Source of the DNA: Alphaproteobacteria bacterium
Lineage (GTDB): Bacteria; Pseudomonadota; Alphaproteobacteria; SP197
Length of the DNA: 64,000 nt
Reading direction: 5' to 3'
NCBI GenBank assembly: GCA_965221115.1
Contig: CBDCRU010000001.1
Location: 1,636,912 to 1,700,911 of the forward strand
Shown here piece after piece: positions 44,733 through 56,004 of this stretch; position 1 is the first letter of the stretch; each line of letters begins with the position of its first letter. The notes beneath the pieces are model-generated. The model ran no database searches, was not told where the DNA came from, and saw only the letters and a list, made by a program, of their open reading frames with translations. A program made the position numbers and the translations under genes.

Positions 44733-45668
44733 ATGACAGCTATTACTGCGGCGCTGGTCAAGCAACTGCGGGACAGATCGGGCGCTGGCATGATGGATTG
44801 CAAGAAGGCCCTGGTGGAGACGACCGGCGACATGGAGGCTGCCGTCGACTGGCTGCGCACCAGGGGCTTGGCGGCGGCGGCCAAGAAGGCCGGCCGTGTG
44901 GCTGCCGAGGGTCTCGTGGCGACAGCCGTATCCGAGGATGGACGGCGTGGCGCCGTCGTCGAGATCAACGCTGAAACAGATTTCGTGGCTCGCAACGGGA
45001 CCTTTCAGGACTTCGTGCGCCACACAGCGACCCTGGCGCTCGACAGCCATGGAGACGTTGATGCTCTGGCCAGAACGACATGGCCTGGCTCGTCCGGGAC
45101 GGTGCAGGACCGTCTCACCGACCTTGTGGCGACCATCGGAGAGAACCTACAGATCAGGCGTTCCCACGTGCTTGGTGTTACGCAAGGCACCGTGGCGCAC
45201 TATGTCCATACGGCAGCCGCCCCCGGCATGGGAAGGATTGCCGTGATTGTTGCACTTGAATCCGCGGGTGATCGCGACGTTCTGCGTGACGCAGGCAGAA
45301 AACTCGCCATGCACATTGCCGCGAGCAGGCCCGAATCGGTGACGACAGAAGCCCTGGATCCGGCGCTGGTCGAGCGCGAGCGCGGGGTGCTGACCGAGCA
45401 GGCGCGCGAATCGGGCAAGCCCGAGGCCATCGTGGAACGGATGGTCGAAGGCCGCCTGCGCAAGTTCTTCCAGGATGTCGTTCTCATGGAACAGGTCTAC
45501 GTCATCGATGGTGAGAGCCGGGTGGCAAAGGTCATGGAAGGTCTTGCCCGTGATCTGGGCACGGCCGTCGAGGTGGCCGGTTTCGTACGCTACGGACTTG
45601 GCGAGGGAATCGAGAAGAAGGAAAGCGATTTCGCCGCCGAAGTCGCGGCCGCAGCCAGCGGAGGGTAA
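44733..45668 (+). CDS. tsf: elongation factor Ts
   Basis: [30 protein letters not shown]..., UBA-like N-terminus plus dimerisation domain. 311 aa. Confidence 0.93.
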   Translation: MTAITAALVKQLRDRSGAGMMDCKKALVETTGDMEAAVDWLRTRGLAAAAKKAGRVAAEGLVATAVSEDGRRGAVVEINAETDFVARNGTFQDFVRHTATLALDSHGDVDALARTTWPGSSGTVQDRLTDLVATIGENLQIRRSHVLGVTQGTVAHYVHTAAAPGMGRIAVIVALESAGDRDVLRDAGRKLAMHIAASRPESVTTEALDPALVERERGVLTEQARESGKPEAIVERMVEGRLRKFFQDVVLMEQVYVIDGESRVAKVMEGLARDLGTAVEVAGFVRYGLGEGIEKKESDFAAEVAAAASGG

Positions 45669-45683
45669 GGGGGACCACATCCG

Positions 45684-46442
45684 GTGCCGGCAGACCAGCG
45701 CATGACAGTCGAACTTCGCTACAGACGCGTCCTTGTGAAGGTATCCGGCGAGGCGCTGACCGGTGAGAGGGAGTACGGTGTCGATCCGCGGGAGGCAGGC
45801 CGCATCGCCGATGATATCGTCGAGGCGACCGCAACGGGCACCCGGATTGCCATCGTGATTGGCGGGGGCAACATTTTCAGGGGAGTGGCCGGTGCTGCAC
45901 GTGGCATGGAGCGGGTGTCCGCCGACCATATGGGCATGTTGGCGACGGTCATCAACGCGCTCGCTCTCGAGCACGCACTCGCCGGCAAAGGCCTTGAGAC
46001 CAGGGTTCTCTCGGCCATTCCGATGCCCACGATCTGTGAACCCTATGCGCGGACCCGCGCTGTTGCTCACCTTGACAAGGGGCGGGTGGTGATCTTTGCC
46101 GCAGGCACCGGAAGCCCCTATTTCACGACCGATACGGCGGCCGCACTGCGGGCCGTGGAGACCGGTTGTGATGCCCTCTTCAAGGCGACCCAGGTAGATG
46201 GTGTCTATTCTGCCGATCCGAATATGAACAGAAATGCGGTACGATACGACAGATTGAGTTACCACGACGTGCTGGTGCAGAACCTCCGGGTTATGGATGC
46301 AGCGGCTATTTCCCTGGCGAGGGACAACAATCTTCCGTGCCTGGTCTTTTCGCTTCGCGAACCAGGAGGTCTCTCGGCGGTTCTGAAGGGAACAGGACGA
46401 TACACGATCATCTCGACTGAGGAGGGAGAGGATCATGACTGA
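45684..46442 (+). CDS. pyrH: UMP kinase
   Basis: ...[13 protein letters not shown]...[11 protein letters not shown]... are amino-acid kinase family motifs. GTG 45684 (8 nt after a GGGGGA SD) or ATG 45702. Confidence 0.9.
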   Translation: MPADQRMTVELRYRRVLVKVSGEALTGEREYGVDPREAGRIADDIVEATATGTRIAIVIGGGNIFRGVAGAARGMERVSADHMGMLATVINALALEHALAGKGLETRVLSAIPMPTICEPYARTRAVAHLDKGRVVIFAAGTGSPYFTTDTAAALRAVETGCDALFKATQVDGVYSADPNMNRNAVRYDRLSYHDVLVQNLRVMDAAAISLARDNNLPCLVFSLREPGGLSAVLKGTGRYTIISTEEGEDHD

Positions 46443-46992
46443 AGATCTGGCGAAAGATCTGAAGCGCCGCATGGAAGGTGCCGTGGAGGTGCTGCGCAGG
46501 GAGTTTGCGGGCCTTCGTACCGGCCGGGCCTCAGTCAGTCTTCTGGACCCGGTCATGATAGAGGCCTATGGCAGCCGTATGCCTGTAAACCAGGTCGGCA
46601 GTGTGAGTGCGCCAGAAGCACGACTTCTGACAGTGCAGGTGTGGGACAGGAGTCTCGTCAACGCAGTGGAAAAGGCGATCCGCAACGCCGATCTCGGTCT
46701 CAATCCCCAGAGCGACGGCCAGACGGTGCGTGTGCCGATACCGCAACTCGACGAGGAGCGGCGGGTCGAGATCACGCGCATTGCCGGCAAGTACGCCGAG
46801 CAGGCGAAGATCGCCATTCGCAATGTCAGGAGAGACGGCAACGACAGACTCAAGCGTCTGGAGCGCGATGGCGAAATCTCGCAGGACGAACTGCACCAAA
46901 GGACCAATGCCATCCAGGAACTGACCGATGCCGAAATTCTCCGGGTCGACGAGCTGCTTGATGTCAAGCAGACCGAGATCATGCAAGTCTGA
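46435..46992 (+). CDS. frr: ribosome recycling factor
   Basis: 185 aa, ...[28 protein letters not shown]... RRF pattern. Confidence 0.93.
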   Translation: MTEDLAKDLKRRMEGAVEVLRREFAGLRTGRASVSLLDPVMIEAYGSRMPVNQVGSVSAPEARLLTVQVWDRSLVNAVEKAIRNADLGLNPQSDGQTVRVPIPQLDEERRVEITRIAGKYAEQAKIAIRNVRRDGNDRLKRLERDGEISQDELHQRTNAIQELTDAEILRVDELLDVKQTEIMQV

Positions 46993-46995
46993 GCC

Positions 46996-47730
46996 TTGAT
47001 GGTGGCGGACTGCGATCATGACGGACGGTTGTTGCGTCACGTTGCCATCATCATGGACGGCAACGGCCGATGGGCCAGCCAGCGAAGCCTGCCAAGGGAA
47101 GAGGGACATCGGGCCGGCGCCGAGTCCGTCCGTCGCATTCTTCAGGCGGCCATCGAGCTTTCCATTCCCTACCTCACCGTTTTCGCGTTTTCTTCCGAGA
47201 ATTGGCGCCGACCCGGCCGCGAGGTCGGCCATCTCATGGACCTTGTGCGGTTTCATCTCAGCAACGAGAAGGACGAACTCGTCAGCAAGGGCATTCGCGT
47301 CGGATTCATCGGCGACCGTTCGGGTCTCGATCGCGACGTTCTCGGCCTCATGTCCGACATGGAACGCGCAACGGCGGACGGGACCGCCCTCACGGTCACT
47401 GTCGCACTCAACTACGGGGCGCGCGACGAGATAGTCAGGGCGGCACGCGCCCTTGCCACGGACTGCGTCTCGGGAAACCTCGAAGCCCGCATGCTCGACG
47501 AGGAGGGATTTGCCCGTCACCTCGACACGTCAGCACTGCCGGATCCGGATCTCATCATTCGAACCGGTGGTGAACAGCGCCTGAGCAACTTTCTTGCCTG
47601 GCAGGGCGCATATGCGGAGCTCGTGTTTCTGGATGTGCCATGGCCGGAGTTCAGTCGCGACGATCTCGAGGCGGCCGTCGGCGAGTTTCACCGCCGTGAC
47701 CGGCGATATGGCGCCGTCACAACCTCCTGA
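46996..47730 (+). CDS. uppS: isoprenyl transferase / undecaprenyl-diphosphate synthase
   Basis: HVAIIMDGNGRWA...LTVFAFSSENWRRP... is the cis-IPPS signature. TTG 46996 or ATG 46999. Confidence 0.9.
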   Translation: MMVADCDHDGRLLRHVAIIMDGNGRWASQRSLPREEGHRAGAESVRRILQAAIELSIPYLTVFAFSSENWRRPGREVGHLMDLVRFHLSNEKDELVSKGIRVGFIGDRSGLDRDVLGLMSDMERATADGTALTVTVALNYGARDEIVRAARALATDCVSGNLEARMLDEEGFARHLDTSALPDPDLIIRTGGEQRLSNFLAWQGAYAELVFLDVPWPEFSRDDLEAAVGEFHRRDRRYGAVTTS

Positions 47731-48535
47731 ACAGCGCCCCAGGGAAACAGGCCGCCGGCTGCTCTCGGCCGCCGTTCTGGCCGCTGTCGCGGTGCTCATC
47801 ATCCAGCTCGGCGGCATGTGGTTCGCCCTGCCGGCGCTGGTTCTGGCCGGTGTGTTGCTTCACGAGTGGCACCGGCTTTCCGCCACCCCGGGGTACTTCC
47901 TCTCCGCCGCTGCGGTCATAGCAGCCTGGATTGCCATTGCCTGGCAGGAGAACCTGGTGATGGCTCTCTATGCCCTCGTCGTCGGCATGATCGGCAGCGC
48001 CTTCTATCTCCTGGCGCGGGGTCATGAGGCGCGCGTGACATGGGCAATGTCAGGAATTGCCTATGCGGTCATTCCCATGGTGGCGCTCGTGTGGATGCGC
48101 AATGCGGATGGCAGCAGTTTCATTCTTCTATGGATGTTCCTTGTGATCTGGGCATCGGATTCGGCCGCTTTCATCGTCGGCCGCATCATTGGCGGGCCCT
48201 TGCTGTATCCTTCCGTCAGCCCCGCCAAGACATGGGCAGGGGCCGTCGGCGGTCTTTTGGCATCCGTTGCCACCGGCGTTGGCACGGCGGCCATGATCCA
48301 GGAGACGCTGACAACGACGCTCGTGCTGAGCGTCATCGTGTGCATCGCCGCGCAGTCGGGGGATCTCCTTCAGTCGGCACTCAAGAGGCGTTGGCGGGTC
48401 AAGGACGCCGGGAGGCTCATTCCAGGCCACGGGGGCCTCATGGATCGGCTAGACTCGCTCGTCCTCGCTGCACCAGTCTTTGCCTTGGTGTGGACGATCT
48501 TTTCCCTGGAGGTGGACAATGCCGTCACGTCCTGA
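47708..48535 (+). CDS. cdsA: phosphatidate cytidylyltransferase
   Basis: Multi-TM protein with C-terminal ...SPAKTWAGAVGG...SALKRRWRVKDAGRLIPGHGGLMDRLDS... CTP_transf_1 signature. Internal ATG 47708 overlaps uppS by 23 nt. The upstream extension in the track ORF is rejected. Confidence 0.85.
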   Translation: MAPSQPPEQRPRETGRRLLSAAVLAAVAVLIIQLGGMWFALPALVLAGVLLHEWHRLSATPGYFLSAAAVIAAWIAIAWQENLVMALYALVVGMIGSAFYLLARGHEARVTWAMSGIAYAVIPMVALVWMRNADGSSFILLWMFLVIWASDSAAFIVGRIIGGPLLYPSVSPAKTWAGAVGGLLASVATGVGTAAMIQETLTTTLVLSVIVCIAAQSGDLLQSALKRRWRVKDAGRLIPGHGGLMDRLDSLVLAAPVFALVWTIFSLEVDNAVTS

Positions 48536-49703
48536 GCCACGCCGCGTGTCGATACTGGGTGCCACCGGTTCAATCGGAACATCGACACTCGACCTCATCA
48601 TCGCTGGCGGCGATCGCTACCGCGTCGAGGCGGTGACAGCGCATGCCAGTGTCAAGGAACTCGCAGCCATTGCCCGGGCCACCGGGGCGGCCTACGCCGC
48701 CATTGCCGATGAGAGTCTCCTTGGAGTGCTTCGCCATGAGCTTGTCGACACGGCGACCCGCGTTGGCGCGGGCCCGGGAGCCTTGGAGGAAGCGGCCCGA
48801 ATGGACGCGGACTGGGTGATGGCGGCCATAGTTGGTGCTGCCGGTCTGGCTCCCACCCTCACTGCCATCCGCCAGGGCAGCGTGGTGGCGCTTGCCAACA
48901 AGGAAGCCCTGGTGTGCGCCGGCGAGCTGATGATCGAGGAGGCACGGCAAAGCGGATGTGTCCTGCTGCCGGCCGACTCGGAGCACAATGCCATTTTCCA
49001 GGTGTTTGACGCCGGCAGGATCGATGCCATCGAGAAGATCTGGCTGACTGCTTCGGGCGGACCGTTCCGTACCGCCACCCGCGCCAGAATGGCGGCCGCC
49101 ACCCCGGAAGAGGCCGTGCAGCATCCCAACTGGAGCATGGGGCGCAAGATATCCGTCGATTCGGCCACCATGATGAACAAGGCTCTCGAGATCATCGAGG
49201 CCAGCCACCTGTTTCCGGTCGGCGAAGAGAAAATCGGTGTCGTCGTGCATCCGGAATCCATTGTCCACGGACTTGTCACCTATCACGACGGGTCTGTCCT
49301 GGCGGGCCTCGCGGCTCCGGACATGCGCACGCCGATTGCCCACACGCTGGCCTGGCCCGACCGCATCGAGGCACCGTCCAAGCGTCTTGATCTGGCGGCC
49401 ACGGGACAACTGACGTTCGAGATGCCGGATGAAGTCAGGTTTCCGGCACTCGGTCTGGCCAGAACCGCCATTCGCGCCGGTGGTTCGGCGCCTGTGACCC
49501 TGAATGCCGCCAACGAGGTCGCGGTGGCCGCCTTTCTCGATCGGCGTATCGGATTTCTCGAGATCGTTTCGGTTGTTGAGGACACCCTGGCGCGTGTCGG
49601 GACTGTCGCGACAGATGATATCGAGACCGTTATCATGGCTGACGGCGAGGCAAGACGTCGCGCCGAAGAGGTGGTCCTGCAAAGGTCAGAACGGACATCA
49701 TGA
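48519..49703 (+). CDS. dxr: 1-deoxy-D-xylulose 5-phosphate reductoisomerase
   Basis: RRVSILGATGSIGTSTLDLI NADPH-binding N-terminus; ...ADSEHNAIFQ... 394 aa from ATG 48519. Confidence 0.92.
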   Translation: MPSRPEPRRVSILGATGSIGTSTLDLIIAGGDRYRVEAVTAHASVKELAAIARATGAAYAAIADESLLGVLRHELVDTATRVGAGPGALEEAARMDADWVMAAIVGAAGLAPTLTAIRQGSVVALANKEALVCAGELMIEEARQSGCVLLPADSEHNAIFQVFDAGRIDAIEKIWLTASGGPFRTATRARMAAATPEEAVQHPNWSMGRKISVDSATMMNKALEIIEASHLFPVGEEKIGVVVHPESIVHGLVTYHDGSVLAGLAAPDMRTPIAHTLAWPDRIEAPSKRLDLAATGQLTFEMPDEVRFPALGLARTAIRAGGSAPVTLNAANEVAVAAFLDRRIGFLEIVSVVEDTLARVGTVATDDIETVIMADGEARRRAEEVVLQRSERTS

Positions 49704-50818
49704 TCGACATCGTCAATGGCATCTGGCCCTTTCTCGTGGTGATTACCGTCATCGTGTTCTTTCACGAACTGGGTCACTACTGGGTGGCCCGCAGGAACGG
49801 AGTCCGTGTCGAAGTCTTCTCCATAGGATTCGGGACTGAGATTGCCGGGTGGACAGACCGGGCGGGAACGCGCTGGAGACTGTCGTTGGTGCCGCTGGGC
49901 GGCTACGTCAAGATGTTCGGCCAGGGTGCTCCCGAGAGCGACAGCACACAGTTGTCGCGGGAAGAACACGCGATTTCGTTCCATACGAAGTCAGTGGGAC
50001 AGCGCTTCGCCATCGTGCTCGCCGGGCCGCTGGCCAACTTCATCCTGTCAATCGTTCTCTTCGCCGGACTGTTCTGCCTGGTGGGACAGAACCAGACGCT
50101 TCCCCGTGCCGGCGAGATCATTGAGGGAAGCGCTGCGGAAAGAGGCGGCATGATGGCAGGGGATCTCATCACCGCCATCGACGGAACATCCATCGAGGCC
50201 TTTCAGGATCTCCAGTTCATTGTCTCCACGAACCCGGGTGTCCCGCTCGTGTTCAACGTTCTGCGTGATGGTGAGACCGTGAATCTTGTCATTGCGCCCG
50301 ACATCGTCATGGAGGACGACGGATTCGGCAATCAGCGTGAAACAGGACGGCTGGGCATCATGTTGACGGCCGCCAACATCGTTGTCGAACGCCTGGGGCC
50401 TGTCGAGGCGCTCTGGGAAGGTGCGCGCGAGACCTGGAACTGGTGCCTTCGGATCTTTGATTTCCTCGGCAAGATCTTTGAAGGCTCCCAGAGCAGTCGA
50501 GATCTTGCGGGACCCCTCGGCATCGCTCACGTGTCTGCCGGATTCGCGGAGTTGGGTATAGCCAGCCTCGTTCTTTTCATGGCCATCCTGTCGGTCAATC
50601 TCGGGCTCATCAATCTCTTCCCAATTCCGCTTCTCGACGGCGGACATCTCATGTTCTATACATTCGAATTCCTGTTCGGGAGGCCTTTGGGTGCACGTGC
50701 CCAGGAGATGTGCCAACTTGTCGGTATCGGGCTCGTGGGAGCGTTGTTCCTTTTCGTGACATTCAACGACCTGCTCAGACTGGGGCTGTTTGACATGTTC
50801 CGCGAACTGGCTTCGTGA
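49700..50818 (+). CDS. rseP: RIP metalloprotease RseP (site-2 protease, PDZ)
   Basis: HELGHYWVARRNGVRV (HExxH) in the first TM region, PDZ domain, C-terminal ...LLDGGHLMFY... Confidence 0.9.
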   Translation: MIDIVNGIWPFLVVITVIVFFHELGHYWVARRNGVRVEVFSIGFGTEIAGWTDRAGTRWRLSLVPLGGYVKMFGQGAPESDSTQLSREEHAISFHTKSVGQRFAIVLAGPLANFILSIVLFAGLFCLVGQNQTLPRAGEIIEGSAAERGGMMAGDLITAIDGTSIEAFQDLQFIVSTNPGVPLVFNVLRDGETVNLVIAPDIVMEDDGFGNQRETGRLGIMLTAANIVVERLGPVEALWEGARETWNWCLRIFDFLGKIFEGSQSSRDLAGPLGIAHVSAGFAELGIASLVLFMAILSVNLGLINLFPIPLLDGGHLMFYTFEFLFGRPLGARAQEMCQLVGIGLVGALFLFVTFNDLLRLGLFDMFRELAS

Positions 50819-50837
50819 GCCGGGGAGGAATGGACCG

Positions 50838-53105
50838 ATGGCATCGCTCAGGCGATTGATTGCTGCCATCCCCCTGATTCTGGGGATGATCGCCCTGGAA
50901 CTTCATGCCCAGGATGTCATCACAGAGATCGTCGTCTCCGGCAATCAGCGGATCGAACCCGCGACTGTCGCCAACTACATGACCATTCGCGTCGGTGACG
51001 TCTATGACCTCGACCAGGTAGATGACTCCATCAAGAACCTTTTCGATACAGGGTTCTTTGCCGATGTTTCCATCAGCCGGGATGGTTCCAGACTGATCGT
51101 TGAAGTGGTTGAGAACCCGATCATCAACAGGATCGCCTTCGAGGGGAATCTCAGACTTGATTCGGAGGATCTTCAAGCGGAAATCCAGTTGAGGCCGAGA
51201 ACCGTCTTCACCCTGACCAAGGTGCAGGCGGATGTTGCCCGGATCACCGAAATCTATCGTCGTGTCGGGCGCTTCAATGCCATTGTCGAACCCAAGGTCA
51301 TCCAGCAGGATCAGAACCGGGTGGATCTCATCTTCGAGATATCCGAAGGTGAGCAGACGGTCATTCGCGAAATCGTCTTCATTGGCAATGAAGCCTTCTC
51401 GGACGGCACGCTACGCGAGGTGATTGTCACGGTCGAGAACGCCTGGTATCGCTTCCTCACGACTGATGACACCTATGATCCGGACCGCTTGGCCTTCGAT
51501 CAGGAACTACTTCGGCGTTACTACCTCTCGGAGGGCTATGCCGATTTCAGGGTCGTGTCGGCCATCGCCGAGTTGGCGCCCAACCGTGAAGAGTTCTTCG
51601 TCACGTTCACTCTCGAGGAAGGGCCCCGGTACGAGATCGGAGAGATCTCGGTCATCAGCGAAATGCCGACGGTCGACCCTGCCCTGATCGAGGACATCGT
51701 GGATGTCGAATCCGGTGACTGGTATGACGCCAGTGCCATCGATGACGACGTGGTCGAGATGACACTTGAACTGGGCCGCCTGGGACAGCCGTTCGTCGAT
51801 GTGCGGCCCCGCATCGAGCGGGATGTGGATGGCGCCATCATCGACGTCACGTATGTCGTTGCCCAAGGTCCGGAGATCTATGTCGAGCGCATCGACATTG
51901 TCGGCAACCTTCGTACCACCGACGAAGTGATTCGGCGGGAGTTCGAATTCGCCGAAGGCGATGCTTACAATGCCGCTCTGGTACAGCGTACGGAACGCAA
52001 CATCCGGGCGCTTGACTTCTTTGCCAGCGTTGCCCTCGCCAACCGCCAGGGAAGCCGTCCGGACACCACCATCATCGAGGTGACGGTGGAAGAGAAAGCC
52101 ACCGGGGAACTGTCATTCGGCGTCGGTTTCTCATCGGTCGACAATGCGCTGATCGGTGTTTCCATAGGCGAGCGCAACCTGCTCGGCACGGCGCAGCATG
52201 TAAGTCTTGACCTGACCGCCTCCGGTAACAGCCAGACCATCGACCTCAGTTACACCGACCCCTACTTCCTTGACCGCGAACTGAGCGCGGGATTCGACAT
52301 CTTCCGGGTCCGGCGGGACCTGGTGTCCCAGTCATCCTTTTCCCGGCAGGACATCGGTGGCGTGCTGCGCGCCGGTTATCCCCTGACCGAACACCTGACG
52401 CAGACAGTCTCCTATACATTCAGGACCTCGGTGGTCGAACGGGTTCCGGAGAACGCTTCGCGACTGGTCAAGGCGGAGGAGGGCAGGTCGACGGTGTCGC
52501 TCATCGGCGAGCGTCTCGACTACGATGTGCGCAATGATGTGCTGCGCCCGACCTCAGGCTATCTCATCTTCCAGGGCACCGATCTGGCCGGGCTGGGCGG
52601 TGACAGGGCCTTTCTCCGCAACACTGCGGGATTCAGCTACTTCTATCCGATGGACATCGACTGGACGCTCAACGTGCGGGCTGACGGTGGTGCGATCACG
52701 AGCCTTGGTGGCAAGGACATCAGTCTGACCGACCGGTTTTTCCTTGGCGGATCGAACTTCAGGGGTTTCGAACCATCGGGCATCGGTCCGGTGGACACCA
52801 TGACGTCAGATTCCCTGGGCGGCAACATCTACTGGTCCGCAACGGGCGAAATGGAGTTCCCCATCGGCCTGCCGAGGGAACTCGGTATCCTGGGGCGCAC
52901 GTTCACCGACTGGGGAAGCCTCTTCGACATCGACCAGGCCAGCCCTTCGCTGGCGGATGATGCCTCGCCGCGCGCCTCCGTCGGCGTCGGCCTGTCCTAC
53001 TATTCCCCCCTGGGCCCCATGCAGTTCGACTGGGCCAAGGCCTTTCTCAAGGAAGACTACGACAAGACGGAGCTTTTCCGCTTCTCCATCGGACTGGCAT
53101 TCTGA
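50838..53105 (+). CDS. bamA: outer membrane protein assembly factor BamA
   Basis: Signal peptide then five POTRA-like repeats (…VVSGNQRIEPATV…) and a C-terminal beta-barrel ending ...FRFSIGLAF. GGGGAGGA SD before ATG 50838. Confidence 0.92.
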   Translation: MASLRRLIAAIPLILGMIALELHAQDVITEIVVSGNQRIEPATVANYMTIRVGDVYDLDQVDDSIKNLFDTGFFADVSISRDGSRLIVEVVENPIINRIAFEGNLRLDSEDLQAEIQLRPRTVFTLTKVQADVARITEIYRRVGRFNAIVEPKVIQQDQNRVDLIFEISEGEQTVIREIVFIGNEAFSDGTLREVIVTVENAWYRFLTTDDTYDPDRLAFDQELLRRYYLSEGYADFRVVSAIAELAPNREEFFVTFTLEEGPRYEIGEISVISEMPTVDPALIEDIVDVESGDWYDASAIDDDVVEMTLELGRLGQPFVDVRPRIERDVDGAIIDVTYVVAQGPEIYVERIDIVGNLRTTDEVIRREFEFAEGDAYNAALVQRTERNIRALDFFASVALANRQGSRPDTTIIEVTVEEKATGELSFGVGFSSVDNALIGVSIGERNLLGTAQHVSLDLTASGNSQTIDLSYTDPYFLDRELSAGFDIFRVRRDLVSQSSFSRQDIGGVLRAGYPLTEHLTQTVSYTFRTSVVERVPENASRLVKAEEGRSTVSLIGERLDYDVRNDVLRPTSGYLIFQGTDLAGLGGDRAFLRNTAGFSYFYPMDIDWTLNVRADGGAITSLGGKDISLTDRFFLGGSNFRGFEPSGIGPVDTMTSDSLGGNIYWSATGEMEFPIGLPRELGILGRTFTDWGSLFDIDQASPSLADDASPRASVGVGLSYYSPLGPMQFDWAKAFLKEDYDKTELFRFSIGLAF

Positions 53106-53686
53106 TGACCATTCCAGGGAGTTTCCGCCAGGTCTGCATCCTCTTGTGCATGGTGTCTCTGGTGTCTCTGGTGTCTCTGGTGTCTCTGGTGGCGCCGGTC
53201 GCCGCGGACGAAGGCACCACCATTGCCATCATCGACCTGGAGCGGGTCCGCCAGGAATCCAGTGCCGGCAAGTCGATCGAAAGCCAGATCTTTCGCTATC
53301 GCCAGGAGCTGGCCGAAGAGGTCAATATGGTGGAAGGAGAAATCCGCGAGCGCCTGCGTTCACTGAAAGAACAGGAAGCCCTGCTGACCCAGGAAGGATA
53401 CGAAAAGCTGCGCCAGGAGATCGAACAGGACTCCGTCACCTACCAGACCAGGTTCCAGAACCGGCGGCGCAATCTTGATACTGCCTATCTCGAGGCAATG
53501 GAGCAGTTGCATTCCGGCATACTGGAAGTTCTTGGGAAACTGATCTTTGAGCGCCACATCGATGTGGTGCTCGACCGTCGGCAGTATCTGGTCGCCAACA
53601 GCAGCTTCGATATCTCGGACGATGTGCTGCAGGAACTGGACGCAATCCTGACAGGAGTTCCGGTGGTTCCGGCACCGGATGGCTGA
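53105..53686 (+). CDS. skp: periplasmic chaperone Skp (OmpH family)
   Basis: Signal peptide ...VAPVAA/DEG, then a coiled-coil-rich 150 aa. Position between bamA and lpxD. Confidence 0.8.
   Translation: MTIPGSFRQVCILLCMVSLVSLVSLVSLVAPVAADEGTTIAIIDLERVRQESSAGKSIESQIFRYRQELAEEVNMVEGEIRERLRSLKEQEALLTQEGYEKLRQEIEQDSVTYQTRFQNRRRNLDTAYLEAMEQLHSGILEVLGKLIFERHIDVVLDRRQYLVANSSFDISDDVLQELDAILTGVPVVPAPDG
53152..53187 (+). repeat. 4 x 9-nt perfect tandem repeat (GGTGTCTCT) in the skp signal-peptide coding region, encoding (VSL)x4
   Basis: Directly visible: catGGTGTCTCTGGTGTCTCTGGTGTCTCTGGTGTCTCTggtggcg. Confidence 0.9.
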
Positions 53687-54722
53687 GTTTCACGTGGCGG
53701 ATTCCCGTTTCTTCAAGCGTCAGGGACCCTTTGCACTCGCTGCAGTGCTTGAGGCGACCGGCGCACGCGTCGTTGGCCACCATGACACGTCCCGACTGTT
53801 TCACGATGTCGCCGGACTGGAGGATGCAGGCAGCGCCGACCTCGCCTTTCTCGACAACGTGAAGTATGTCGCGACCTTCACCCGATGCCGTGCCGGAGGG
53901 TGCTTCATCCGGGAGCAGTACAGCGACCGGGCGCCACAGGGACTGATCCCGCTGATCAGCGACAATCCCTACCTTGCCTTCGCCAGGGCCGCGCGAATGT
54001 TCTACCCGGACCCGGCTGTCGTGCCAGGCATTTCCTCTCGCGCCTTCATCGAAAGCGGTGCCAAGATCGGTGAGGACGTCAGGATCGACGCCTTCGCCGT
54101 GATCAGGAGCGGTGTCGAGATTGGCGCGAGAAGTAGCATTGGATCGGGGTGTGTGGTGGAGAGTCATGTCCGGATTGGTGATGACTGCCAGATCGGGCCC
54201 GGGGCTGCCCTCATGTTCTGCGTCATCGGCAATCGCGTGAGAATTGAATCCGGTGCCAGGATAGGCACGGAAGGATTTGGATTTGCCGTCTCACCCGATG
54301 GAGCCGTCCGCCTTCCCCATGTCGGACGTGTTGTCATCGGTGACGATGTCGGGATTGGCGCCAACACCACGATTGACCGAGGTTCCCTCGGCGATACCGT
54401 AATCGGTGATGGTGCCATGATTGATAACCAGGTGCAGATCGCCCATAACGCAACGGTCGGGCGCCATGCCATCCTTGCAGGACAGGTTGGCCTCGCGGGC
54501 AGTGCGGTCGTCGGTGACTTTGCCATGCTCGGTGGTCAGTCCGGAGTGGCCAATCATGTCCGGGTTGGACGCGGCGCCCGTATGGGTGGCAACAGTTCGG
54601 CGGCCAGTGATCTTGAAGGGGGCGGAACCTACCTTGGCGCGCCAGCCGTTCCCCAAAGGGAATTCTGGCGCCAGCAGGTCATGCTCCGGCGTCTGGCGAG
54701 TCACAACAACAAGATGCCATGA
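53679..54722 (+). CDS. lpxD: UDP-3-O-acylglucosamine N-acyltransferase
   Basis: Left-handed beta-helix hexapeptide repeats throughout. ...GFGFA... C-terminal region. 347 aa. Confidence 0.9.
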   Translation: MAEFHVADSRFFKRQGPFALAAVLEATGARVVGHHDTSRLFHDVAGLEDAGSADLAFLDNVKYVATFTRCRAGGCFIREQYSDRAPQGLIPLISDNPYLAFARAARMFYPDPAVVPGISSRAFIESGAKIGEDVRIDAFAVIRSGVEIGARSSIGSGCVVESHVRIGDDCQIGPGAALMFCVIGNRVRIESGARIGTEGFGFAVSPDGAVRLPHVGRVVIGDDVGIGANTTIDRGSLGDTVIGDGAMIDNQVQIAHNATVGRHAILAGQVGLAGSAVVGDFAMLGGQSGVANHVRVGRGARMGGNSSAASDLEGGGTYLGAPAVPQREFWRQQVMLRRLASHNNKMP

Positions 54723-55195
54723 ACAGGAACGAAAGAAACACGGAACAACCGGGGGGTGGTGTGATCGACATCGAGCGTGTCATGCAGCTCATTCCCCACC
54801 GCTACCCCTTCCTCATGATCGACCGTGTCGTGGATGTCGTGCGCAACGAAAGCGCCGTTGGCATCAAGAATGTCTCGATCAACGAACCCCAGTTCCAGGG
54901 CCATTTCGGCCGTCATCCGGTGATGCCGGGCGTCTACATCATTGAGTCCATGGCCCAGTCGGCAGCCGTTCTCGTTGTTGAGACACTGGGCAAGGAGTTC
55001 GAGGGCAAGCTTGTGTATTTCATGGGGGTCGACAAGGCGCGTTTCCGCAAACCCGTCACACCGGGTGACGTCATGGAGGTTCATGTCCGCAAGGAACAGC
55101 GCCGTGGAATGGTCTGGAAATTCAGTTCCGAGGTCCGGGTCGGTGGTGCGCTCGTGGCCGACGCCAACTTCTCGGCAATGATTCTCGATCACTGA
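54719..55195 (+). CDS. fabZ: 3-hydroxyacyl-[ACP] dehydratase
   Basis: ...[14 protein letters not shown]...[19 protein letters not shown]... is the hot-dog FabZ signature. Confidence 0.93.
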   Translation: MNRNERNTEQPGGGVIDIERVMQLIPHRYPFLMIDRVVDVVRNESAVGIKNVSINEPQFQGHFGRHPVMPGVYIIESMAQSAAVLVVETLGKEFEGKLVYFMGVDKARFRKPVTPGDVMEVHVRKEQRRGMVWKFSSEVRVGGALVADANFSAMILDH

Positions 55196-55203
55196 CGCTC
55201 ATC

Positions 55204-56004
55204 ATGACAACCATTCATCCGACGGCCGTCGTCGACCCGGACTCCCGTATCGCCGACGACGCGTTCATTGGGCCCTACAGTGTGGTGGGCGCCGATGTCA
55301 CGCTGGGGCCGGGCGTCGAGCTCATGTCCCATGTCGTGGTCGATGGTCACACGACAATCGGCAGGGATACCAAGGTCTTTCCCTTCGCTTCCCTGGGCCT
55401 CATTCCTCAGGACCTGAAGTATCGCTCCGAACCCTCCAGGCTGGTGATCGGAGAAGGCAACACGATACGTGAGCATGTCACCATGAGTCCCGGCACATCG
55501 GGAGGCGGCATGGTGACGGAGGTCGGCAACCACTGCCTCTTCATGGTCGGGGTTCACGTCGCCCATGACTGCCGAATTGCCGACAGGGTCATCATGGTCA
55601 ACAACGCCACACTGGGCGGCCATGTCACTGTGGACGATCATGCCATCCTGGGTGGCCTGTCGGCCGTACACCAGTTCGTGCGCATCGGCCGCTATGCCAT
55701 GGTCGGTGGAATGTCCGGAGTCGAACAGGACGTGATTCCGTTCGGTACCGTCACCGGTGATCGGGCTAGTCTGCGTGGCCTCAATCTTGTCGGTCTCGAT
55801 CGTCACGGCTTCGACAAGGACGATATCAACAAGCTGCGCCGGGCCTACCGGATGCTGTTCGCCGACGAGGGCACCCTCGGGGAACGCATGACGGATGTGG
55901 AGGATGAGTTTGAGGGCTGTCAACCTATTGACCTGATCCTGCGCTTCATGCGCACAAGGAGTTCCCGGGGTCTCTGCCAGCCCCGCGACGGGCATGCCGC
56001 CTAA
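55204..56004 (+). CDS. lpxA: acyl-[ACP]--UDP-N-acetylglucosamine O-acyltransferase
   Basis: MTTIHPTAVVDPDSRIADDAFIGPYSVVGADVTLG... hexapeptide repeats. C-terminal helical domain. Confidence 0.93.
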   Translation: MTTIHPTAVVDPDSRIADDAFIGPYSVVGADVTLGPGVELMSHVVVDGHTTIGRDTKVFPFASLGLIPQDLKYRSEPSRLVIGEGNTIREHVTMSPGTSGGGMVTEVGNHCLFMVGVHVAHDCRIADRVIMVNNATLGGHVTVDDHAILGGLSAVHQFVRIGRYAMVGGMSGVEQDVIPFGTVTGDRASLRGLNLVGLDRHGFDKDDINKLRRAYRMLFADEGTLGERMTDVEDEFEGCQPIDLILRFMRTRSSRGLCQPRDGHAA

